Source: a virus (taxonomy: Duplodnaviria > Caudoviricetes). Taken from it: DNA of 42,450 nucleotides. Shown one piece after another: positions 1 through 8,400 of the stretch (positions are counted from its first letter, which is position 1; each line of letters opens with the position of its first letter). The stretch spans positions 1 through 42,450 of IMG/VR virus record IMGVR_UViG_3300027278_000019, one strand, 5' to 3'. The position numbers and the translations under genes were made by a program. The notes below the pieces were generated by a model. The model did no database searches and had not been told where the DNA came from. It saw nothing but the letters and a program-made list of their open reading frames with translations.

Positions 1-722
1 AAGCAACTTCCGTCTGTGGGTGGGCGGTAACTGGTAAACCGTATATGCTGTCCGAAAGGATAGTCGCAGAGCCAGTCGGTGAGCGATAAGGAACTTGGCG
101 GTTCTACAGCGTATAGCCAAAACGGTAAACAGTAAAAACCAACTGGTAGTTACAGAGTCCGAGTCCGCAAACAAGGGCAATGTAGCATTACAAACGGTGA
201 AAGGGTAGGACCTGGAGTCGTGAAGTAAGGTTGAGTAGTCCGCAAGACGAAAGACAGTAGGTGTGTTGTATACTGTATCTAACAAGGTATGGTGCAACTG
301 GGACAGCACATCTTAGTAGGTTCGCAAATAGCTCAGCGGTAGAGCAATTCCCTTCTAAGGAATCGGCACAGGTTCAATCCCTGTTTTGATATAAAAGCGA
401 AAGACTGTCCCGGTACGTTGTGAAAGGTGCTTAACACCTAACACGCAAGTGAATTAGGTCTACGGAAACTCGCAAGGTGGATGTAGTTGTTCGGATAGCA
501 GACGTAACTTCTTAGCGGAAGTGAACAGCTCGCAAGGCTGGCGGAAGATAGAAGGACGAATAGCAACGTGCGACAGGAGAAAAGCCACTCCTCTAAAAAG
601 GCAGCACTGAGAGATACTAGTATAGCTGAAAGGCATATTAGTGGATAACGGATTAACTTTCCTCGCAAGGGATAAGGTACGGTCCAAAGGCTCTCATATA
701 AAGGTATAATCTCAGCCTGCAC
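1..722 (+). ncRNA. Large structured ncRNA, probably GOLLD RNA (5' end likely outside the window)
   Basis: No + strand ORF is listed over ~720 nt. Dense GNRA-capped hairpins (TCC-GAAA-GGA 51-60, CAC-GCAA-GTG 442-451, repeated C-GCAA-G), long-range pairing GGGACAG 300-306 / CTGTCCC 405-411, an embedded tRNA-like domain, and an intrinsic terminator directly after. Size, phage context and embedded tRNA fit GOLLD; family call from recognition, not a covariance search. Confidence 0.7.
322..391 (+). tRNA. tRNA-Arg(TCT)-like domain with defective acceptor stem, embedded in the ncRNA
   Basis: D arm GCTC-AGCGGTA-GAGC (331-345); anticodon arm ATTCC-CTTCTAA-GGAAT (347-363, anticodon TCT 354-356); T arm ACAGG-TTCAATC-CCTGT (368-384). 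Acceptor stem has only 4 contiguous pairs (CAAA/TTTG) and no CCA. Confidence 0.7.
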
Positions 723-729
723 TAAAATG

Positions 730-753
730 AACCCGCCAATGGCGGGTTTTTTT
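730..753 (+). terminator. Rho-independent terminator after the ncRNA
   Basis: AACCCGCC-AAT-GGCGGGTT followed by a T run. Confidence 0.85.
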
Positions 754-779
754 ATCTACATATATAATTTTTAAAAACG

Positions 780-787
780 CATAAATA
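780..787 (+). promoter_or_regulatory. T4-type late promoter (CATAAATA)
   Basis: NATAAATA motif upstream of the RBS; recurs before most structural genes. Confidence 0.65.
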
Positions 788-815
788 CAGATGTAAGCAA
801 ATTTCGGAGAAAGCT

Positions 816-1484
816 ATGGCGTCAGTAATCAATCCAGATAATGGTGAATTAAATATTTTAGGTAGTTTGAGTTTAACGAGCGACCTAAGTATAGGCGGTG
901 GACTAAGTTTAGCAGGAAAATTATCAATTGATGATACATCAGACATTGATCTAAATACTCCTACTTATGGCGATGGTGCATTAAACATTGCAGGCGGCGG
1001 CTATTTTGGCGGCAACCTATATGTTGGTGGTACACTTGTTGCCAATGGTGATGTTATTACACTTGGTAACGGTGGCGGCAGCTTAACACTAAACGCAAAT
1101 ATTAGCAGTGATATTTTACCGTCAACTACAGACACGTATAATGTCGGTTCAACGTCAGCTGAATGGAACTACGGATTTTTTAGAAATATTGTTTTAGATT
1201 CAGATGAAGAAACAGTTAATACAAGTGTTTCAACAATTCAAGGTGTTTCTTATATTGATGGATCAACTTCATCAACTGTTACTCTTGGTAACGGTGAATA
1301 CACGGGGCAAATAAAAGTAATAGTAGCGGTTGTTGATGTTTCATCATCACCAGTGCAGGTCACTCCGGATAACTTATTAGGATTTACTAGTATTATATTC
1401 AATGCGGTTGGGCAAACAGTTACACTTATGTACACATATGCAGGGTGGGTAATTTTATCAAATCGCGGCGCTAGCTTAGTTTAA
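816..1484 (+). CDS. Putative virion structural/fibre protein (Gly-rich beta repeats)
   Basis: 222-aa ORF, GGAG RBS, late promoter, GGGLSLAG/GGNLYVGG repeats typical of fibre shafts. Confidence 0.6.
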   Translation: MASVINPDNGELNILGSLSLTSDLSIGGGLSLAGKLSIDDTSDIDLNTPTYGDGALNIAGGGYFGGNLYVGGTLVANGDVITLGNGGGSLTLNANISSDILPSTTDTYNVGSTSAEWNYGFFRNIVLDSDEETVNTSVSTIQGVSYIDGSTSSTVTLGNGEYTGQIKVIVAVVDVSSSPVQVTPDNLLGFTSIIFNAVGQTVTLMYTYAGWVILSNRGASLV

Positions 1485-1489
1485 AAAAT

Positions 1490-1497
1490 AATAAATA
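1490..1497 (+). promoter_or_regulatory. Late promoter (AATAAATA)
   Basis: Late motif upstream of an AGGAGG RBS. Confidence 0.55.
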
Positions 1498-1521
1498 CGT
1501 AGAGTTTAGGAGGAATAATAG

Positions 1522-2439
1522 TTGGCAATAAACATAAACCATAGTAAAAATACAATTAAAACTGAAGACAAGCTAACTATTGACGCAGCAAATAATGTTT
1601 CTGTGACAAACAACCGTATAACTGATTTACAAGACCCTGTAGATGACCAAGACGCCGTAACAAAACGTTTCCTTGCACAGTATACGGATGGAGGTACATT
1701 TACGTATTCAAATATAACTCCTATGCCAGAAGAAGTAGGTGGCTATGAAGCTGGTGATACATTTAACAATGCTACATTACAACAGCTTTTTACAAATTTA
1801 CTTTACCCATATCAGTATCCAGCATTTTCTGCATTTTCACTTGCAGGGCAGACTACAACTATCGAAGTTGGCGATACAATAGCAGGCGGCACTAGAACAT
1901 TTGCATGGGGAACTACAAACAGTGTTAACGTAGAAACAAACTCAATCACTATTGAAGATGTTACAAACGGAATTGTTTATGGTAATAACTATGAAAATGA
2001 CGGCATTCAAAGTATTGACATTGGAAACTCAATTATTAAAACGTCTGCCCAGACGAACACATGGAAAATTTCAGCACGTAACACAAAAGGCCAGAATGTA
2101 TCCAAAAATTATTCAGTTAATTGGAGATGGAAAACTTATTATGGTACCAGTGATGCCGAATCACTAACCGAGATTGATATTAAATCTCTTGTTTCAAGCT
2201 CTTTGGATGCAAACTTTACTGGAAATAAATCTGTAGCAGCAAATGGATACAAATATTTTGCTTACCCTACTGTTTTTGGATTAAAGACAAATTTCCAAGA
2301 CTTGACAAGTGGGTTTGCGGTTGCCATGAATCCAGCAACAGTTGTCTCAATTACAAACGTATTCGGTATAAGTGCAGATTATTATGTACACCGAACAACT
2401 AACCCGATCGTTGGTTCATTAACGGTTGTGGTAGGTTGA
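1522..2439 (+). CDS. Putative virion structural/fibre-associated protein (TTG start)
   Basis: AGGAGG RBS 8 nt before TTG; 'ITDLQDPVDDQDAVTK' neck-like motif found in fibres and adhesins; beta-rich C-terminus. Confidence 0.65.
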   Translation: MAININHSKNTIKTEDKLTIDAANNVSVTNNRITDLQDPVDDQDAVTKRFLAQYTDGGTFTYSNITPMPEEVGGYEAGDTFNNATLQQLFTNLLYPYQYPAFSAFSLAGQTTTIEVGDTIAGGTRTFAWGTTNSVNVETNSITIEDVTNGIVYGNNYENDGIQSIDIGNSIIKTSAQTNTWKISARNTKGQNVSKNYSVNWRWKTYYGTSDAESLTEIDIKSLVSSSLDANFTGNKSVAANGYKYFAYPTVFGLKTNFQDLTSGFAVAMNPATVVSITNVFGISADYYVHRTTNPIVGSLTVVVG

Positions 2440-2450
2440 GGTAGCGTAAG

Positions 2451-3170
2451 ATGGCATTAATAACAGGCGCGGTAAACGTAACAGGCACAGTAGCACCAAC
2501 AGATACAAATGACGTATATGCAACACATGATAGCAAGTACGGAAAAGGTGGTTATCGTGAAGTAGCTGATATTACAGCCAGAGATTCTATTACAGTAGCA
2601 CGCCGTTCAGACGGTATGCTTGTATATGTACAATCAGAAGATAAAATATTCAAGTTAGAAAATGGATTAACTAACGACAACTGGGTTGAGTTTAAAGTAG
2701 ACGCAAGTAAAATTGTATACGATAACTCAAACAGTGTTTTAACTTCTGACAACATCCAAGACGCAGTTGATGAAATATCAGCAAGCGTTCATACTTTTAA
2801 AACTAAGTCAGTAACTTACGATTTAACAGGCGGGGCAACAGGATCAGTAACTGTAACCCAGGGTGATGACGTAAATATTGACGTTACAGTTGAATATGCT
2901 GAAAATAGTTTTTCAGTAGGTCCAACAGAAAAAACCGCAGTAGCACACTCTTTTGTTACTGGCAAATACAATATAGCAAAAATAACATCAATTGTTGAAG
3001 TAGGCATCGGCGATGACGATCTAAACAAGAGAAATGCTTTTGAGATATCCGAGTCGGGTGTGGTAAGCGCACCTGCAATGGAAAACGAAATGATAACACA
3101 GGATGGAGATCTTACTACTAAGAAGTATATAGATTATCTTATTATTGACTGTGGCAGCTATGATACTTAA
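2451..3170 (+). CDS. Putative virion structural/fibre-associated protein
   Basis: GAGGT RBS; 'NIQDAVDEI' fibre motif; ends IDCGSYDT. Confidence 0.6.
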   Translation: MALITGAVNVTGTVAPTDTNDVYATHDSKYGKGGYREVADITARDSITVARRSDGMLVYVQSEDKIFKLENGLTNDNWVEFKVDASKIVYDNSNSVLTSDNIQDAVDEISASVHTFKTKSVTYDLTGGATGSVTVTQGDDVNIDVTVEYAENSFSVGPTEKTAVAHSFVTGKYNIAKITSIVEVGIGDDDLNKRNAFEISESGVVSAPAMENEMITQDGDLTTKKYIDYLIIDCGSYDT

Positions 3171-3186
3171 TTATGGGAGAGCGTAA

Positions 3187-4467
3187 ATGGCGCAAACAAT
3201 TAAATTAAAACGCGGCTTAGAAGCAAGCCGCTCAAGCATTACACCAGTCGCTGGTGAGCTTATCTATACAACTGATAACCTAGAAGTTTTCTTTGGTAAT
3301 GGTGCAATTGCAGGTGGTACAGAAATTGGATACCTTAATACACGTACTGGTGGTTCAGTAAACGGTCCAGTAACACTGAATTCAGCAGTTACTATTGCGG
3401 CTGGTGACGAAAATGTAAACGTATTTGAAGTACTAGATTCAGAAGGCTCAGCACTTTTTGAAGTTACACAGACTGGTGACGCAATTATTGGCGGTAAGCT
3501 AACCGTTAATGGTGACGGACAATCAAGTTTTGCAGGTGACGTACTAATTGGTGGTTCATTAACCGTCAACGGCGATGCAACTGTAGCAGTTGATCTTTCA
3601 GCTGACTCACTTACTGTAACTGGTGATCTACAGGTAAACGGCAATTCATACCTAGGTAACGAAGCAACCGACACAACAACAATCATTGGTGCAACAAGTA
3701 TCACTGGTGTAACAACTGTTAACTCAACAGTTACAAAAGCAGCCGGTGACGAAAATACAAACGTATTTGAAGTAGTAGACAGCGAAGGCGCAGCACTATT
3801 TGAAGTCACTGAAACTGGTGATGCTATTATTGCTGGCGTACTAACTGTTAACGGCGATGGACAGTCAAGTTTCAGCGGTGACGTTCTAATTGGTGGTTCA
3901 CTACAAGTTAACGGTGACGCAACTGTAGCAGTTGACCTAGCGGCAGATACACTAACACTAACTGGTGACCTAGTAGTAAATGGTAACACAACACTAGGCA
4001 ACGAAGAAACTGATACTACAACAATCAACGGCGTTACAACAATCAATGGTAACACAAGCATTGTTGGTGACCTAACTGTAACAGGTACAACTACTACTGT
4101 TAACTCAACTGAAGTTAATATTGGTGACTCAATCATCCTACTAAACAGTGGCGCAACTGGTGCTCCAACACAAAACGGCGGTATTGAAATTGAACGCGGT
4201 ACTGCTGACAACGTTGCTATTTTCTGGAACGAAGCAGCAGACGCTTGGTACATTACAAAAGACGCAACTGATGAATCTGGCCCAGATACAACAAGTGTAC
4301 GTATCCTAGACACTGATGACCTTGCTAACATCAACAACGCAGTTTATACACAAGAACTAGGTCAACACGCAGATACAAACTTTACTAATGTTGCAACTTC
4401 TGACATGATCATGTGGTCAGGTAGTGAATGGGTTAACTCAAGCACAATCGACGGCGGCACATTCTAA
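3187..4467 (+). CDS. Fibre protein with Mtd-N-like N-terminus and an internal duplication
   Basis: N-terminal TIKLKRG...GELIYTTD motif, beta-strand repeats, GDLTVTGTTTTVNS module, ends IDGGTF. Confidence 0.7.
   Translation: MAQTIKLKRGLEASRSSITPVAGELIYTTDNLEVFFGNGAIAGGTEIGYLNTRTGGSVNGPVTLNSAVTIAAGDENVNVFEVLDSEGSALFEVTQTGDAIIGGKLTVNGDGQSSFAGDVLIGGSLTVNGDATVAVDLSADSLTVTGDLQVNGNSYLGNEATDTTTIIGATSITGVTTVNSTVTKAAGDENTNVFEVVDSEGAALFEVTETGDAIIAGVLTVNGDGQSSFSGDVLIGGSLQVNGDATVAVDLAADTLTLTGDLVVNGNTTLGNEETDTTTINGVTTINGNTSIVGDLTVTGTTTTVNSTEVNIGDSIILLNSGATGAPTQNGGIEIERGTADNVAIFWNEAADAWYITKDATDESGPDTTSVRILDTDDLANINNAVYTQELGQHADTNFTNVATSDMIMWSGSEWVNSSTIDGGTF
3397..4050 (+). repeat. Intragenic tandem duplication, 342-bp (114-aa) period
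   Basis: AAGDEN(V/T)NVFEV... begins at 3397 and again at 3739 with high protein and DNA similarity. Confidence 0.85.
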
Positions 4468-4475
4468 TATAAATA
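4468..4475 (+). promoter_or_regulatory. Late promoter (TATAAATA)
   Basis: Exact T4 late consensus, intergenic. Confidence 0.7.
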
Positions 4476-4489
4476 ACATAATACTTAAT

Positions 4490-4511
4490 TGTCTGGGGCA
4501 TGCCCCAGACA
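4490..4511. repeat. Perfect 22-bp palindrome
   Basis: TGTCTGGGGCA-TGCCCCAGACA with no spacer and no T tail. Confidence 0.85.
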
Positions 4512-4561
4512 TAACACTAACACAGTAGAATTACGAACTCCAATTAGATGAGAAGGTTACC

Positions 4562-5290
4562 ATGTCGCAGAAGATTAGATTAAAAAGAACAGACGTTTCT
4601 GGTAGAACAGCCGTAGATGCACAGCTTTTGTCTGGCGAACTGGCCATGAATACAATTGATGGATTGCTTTGGGGCAAAGGTCAAAATGTGTTTGAAATCA
4701 TAACTGAAAATAGAGTATATAGCCCAGTAACTAATCTCAATAAAGTAGTTACAGAAGCAGAATTAGACACACTAATAAACGACTACCAACTCAACAATGT
4801 AGTAACTTTCGATCAACAAACATTACCAGGATCACAAAATTTTACAGGTGATGGTACGACTGTAACATACACATTAACAAATACTCCTGCGTCAGCTGAT
4901 GCGATTGATGTTTATGTTGATGACGTATTACAGCGTCCAGAAGAAGTATTTTCAGTAACTGGAAACACCCTAACTTTTTCAACAGTACCATACGATGGCG
5001 CAGACATTTATATCAAATATCGCTATGCATTTGCTACTATCATGGACAACCCCGATGGCAGCATTGAAAATCGTCATTTAAATTTGACATACACTAGCGA
5101 TCAGTTTACAAATGACGGATCACAAACAGTTTACACTATTGAATCTGGACATACTGTTCATGATGTATTAGTTATTATTAACGGTCTAATACAACCTCCG
5201 TATGCATACACAATTGATGGAACAACTCTTACATTGGCCACTGCTCCAATGGTAGGATCAGTTGTAGATTTTAGATATCTACCAGTATAA
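4562..5290 (+). CDS. Structural protein: Mtd-N-like N-terminus plus two FTGDG-type beta-sandwich repeats
   Basis: KIRLKR...GELAMNT N-terminus; two FT(G/N)DG..TVTY/TVYT...V(Y/I)..LQxP repeats. Confidence 0.65.
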   Translation: MSQKIRLKRTDVSGRTAVDAQLLSGELAMNTIDGLLWGKGQNVFEIITENRVYSPVTNLNKVVTEAELDTLINDYQLNNVVTFDQQTLPGSQNFTGDGTTVTYTLTNTPASADAIDVYVDDVLQRPEEVFSVTGNTLTFSTVPYDGADIYIKYRYAFATIMDNPDGSIENRHLNLTYTSDQFTNDGSQTVYTIESGHTVHDVLVIINGLIQPPYAYTIDGTTLTLATAPMVGSVVDFRYLPV

Positions 5291-5322
5291 CAAATATAAG
5301 CAGTTAATCAGTGAAAAAACAC

Positions 5323-5330
5323 TATAAATA
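5323..5330 (+). promoter_or_regulatory. Late promoter (TATAAATA)
   Basis: Exact consensus 120 nt upstream of the giant fibre gene. Confidence 0.7.
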
Positions 5331-5450
5331 ATTACGGCTAACCATTGATATCAGTTAGCTATTTTGTCCTGACTACATAGTAGAAGGGGCATGAAAGTCC
5401 GCCGTAAGAAGCGGATAATCAATATATTGATTATTATGGAGAAAACATAA

Positions 5451-8400
5451 ATGGCTTTTAGACAGATTAAGTCACCAGCCCTAGCCAATCAGGCAGTTAT
5501 CAATACAAAACTAGACGTTACAGCGGTTACAGGCCAAAACGCTAAATCATCAACAGCACTATCAGGTACATTCCTAATTGCTGACGTTGATACAGGTAGT
5601 CTAGCAAAGATCACTGCAGGTGCGCTAATAGGCTCATTTACAACAGACAATCTAGCAGAAGGTACAAATCTATACTTCACAGACGCACGTGCTCAGTTAG
5701 CAGTTGCAGCAGATATTGCTTCAGCAGTTTCAGCAGAAGCAGCACTACGTGAAGCAGCAGATGGTCTACTAGATACAGCAATCACAAACGAAGCATCAAC
5801 ACGTGCTTCAGCAGACACAACACTACAAGCAAACATTGACGCAGAAGCAACAGCACGTGCTGGCGCAGACACAGTTCTACGTACAGATTTCGAAGCAGCA
5901 GACGCAGATTTGCAAGCACAAATCAACAACATCATCAGCAACACTGATCCAGAAGCACTAGATTCACTATCAGAAATCGTTGCAGCTTACCAAGCAGCAG
6001 ACGATGCATTTACAGCAGCTATTACAGCGAACGCAACAGCTATCTCAACAGAGACAACAAACCGCGTTAACGCTGACAATGCTCTACAAGCAGCTATTGA
6101 TGGCGAAGCAGCAACACGTGCAGCAGATGATCTAACACTACAAGGCAACATTGATGCAGAAGCAGCAACACGCCTAGCAGCAGATAACGCACTAGCTGGT
6201 CGTGTAACAGCGAACGAAGGTGATATTGCTACACTAGAATCAGATCTAGCAGCAGAAGTAACACGTGCAACAGCAGCAGAAGGTGTACTAACATCAGGTC
6301 TAGCAGCAGAAGTAACACGTGCAACAACAGCAGAAGCAGCTAACGCTTCAAACATCGAAGCTGAAATCACAGCACGTGCGTCAGCTGACTCACTAATCCG
6401 TACAGACTTTGCGGCAGCAGATGCAACAAATCTACAGGCAGCAAAAGACTACAGTGATGCAGCAGACGTAGCGCAAACAACATCACTACAAGCATATGCA
6501 GATCAAGCAGAAGTAGATGCAGTTGCTACAGCAGAAGCATACACAGATGCTCGTGAAGTTGCAATTACTTCAACATACGAAGCATATGCAGATCAAGCAG
6601 AACTAGATGCAGTTGCTACAGCAGAAGCATACACAGATGCTCGTGAAGTTGCTATTACAACAGCATACCAAACATATGCAGATCAAGCAGAAGTTGATGC
6701 GAAAGCATATACAGACGCTCGTGAAGTTGCTATTACAACAGCATACGAAGCAGCAGATGCAGCACTACAATCACAGATTGACTTCATCGTTTCAAACACA
6801 GATGAAGCAGCTCTAGACTCACTAACTGAAATCGTTGCAGCTTTCCAAGCAGCAGACAGTTCACTAACAGGTCTAATCAATGCAAACACAACTGCAATCA
6901 ACAACGAAGCAGCAACACGTGAAGCAGCTGACTCAACACTAACATCAAACCTAGCTACAGAAGTATCAGCACGTCAAACAGCAGATACGACTCTACAAGC
7001 TAACATTAATGCAGAAGCAACAACTCGTGCAACAGCAGACGGTGTACTACAAACAAACATCGACGACGAAGAAACACGTGCGCTAGCAGCAGAAGGTGTT
7101 CTACAAGGTAATATCGACGCAGAAGCAGCAACACGTATTGCAGCAGACTCAGCACTAAGTGGCCGTGTAACTACACTAGAAGGTGATATGGACATTGTTG
7201 AATCAGGACTAGCATCTGAAATCACAGCACGTACAAATGCTGATACAACACTACAAGCAAACATCACAGCAGAAGCAGCGGCTCGTGTAGCAGCAGATCA
7301 AACACACACATTTGATATTGGAGCACTAGACACACGTGTAACAACAAACGAAACTGATATTGCTGATCTAGAAACAAATCTAGCACAAGAAGTATCAGAT
7401 CGTATTGCTGGTGACAACGCTCTAAGTTCAGCACTAACAACTGAAGCAACAACTCGTGCGGCAGCAGATGTTACTCTACAAAACAACATCGACGCTGAAG
7501 AAGCAGCACGTATTGCAGCAGATGATCTACTACAAACTGCTATCGATAACGAAGCAGTGGCACGTATTGCAGCAGACGGTGTTCTAACAACAAACGTTAC
7601 AAACAACACAACTGCAATTGCAACCAACACAGCAAACCTAACAACAGAGATTGCAAACCGCATCGCTGGTGATAGTGCGCTAGGCGGTCGTCTAACAACA
7701 GCAGAAAGCGATATTGATGCGCTTGAAGGCCGTATGGACACAGCAGAAGCAGACGTAGTTTCTCTAGAAGGTCGTATGGACACAGCAGAAGCAGACGTAG
7801 TTGCTCTAGAAGGTCGTATGGACACAGCAGAAGCAGACGTAGTTTCTCTAGAAGGTCGTATGGACACAGCAGAAGCTGACATCGTAGCAGTTGAAGGTCG
7901 TCTAGACGGTATTGATACAGATCTAGCAGCAGAAACAGCGGCACGTATTGCTGGTGATTCAGCAACACTAGCTTCAGCAAATACATACACAGATACAGCG
8001 ATCACAAACCTAGTTGATGGTGCAGACACAGCACTAGATACACTAAAAGAGATCGGTGATGCATTTGCCGCGGCAGACTCAAACCTACAAACTCTAATCA
8101 CAAACAACAGTACACGCCTAACAGCGGTTGAAGGTGAAGTAGACGTTCTACAAAGTGAGATGGATGCAGCAGAAGGTCGTTTAACTGTAAACGAAGGTGA
8201 GATTGATACACTACAATCAGACCTAACAGCAGAAACAGCGGCACGTATTGCAGCAGACACAGCACTACAAACAGCACTACAAGCATATGCAGACCTAGCA
8301 GAAACAGATGCTAACACATATGCAGACGCTGAAATTGCAGCGGCAGTTGCAGCACTAGAAGCAGCAGATACAGCACTAGACGGTCGTGTAACAACACTAG

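Noticed and set aside
438-722. Minus-strand ORFs of 94 and 75 aa
   Set aside because: Antisense to the structured RNA, with no recognisable motifs; the + strand hairpins and terminator explain the region.
5366-5402. Possible hammerhead ribozyme (CTGA...GAAA)
   Set aside because: The core reads CTGACTA rather than CTGAnGA and the three required stems are not evident.
7725-7892. Possible CRISPR array
   Set aside because: Repeats are contiguous without unique spacers, in frame within a CDS, and no cas genes are present.
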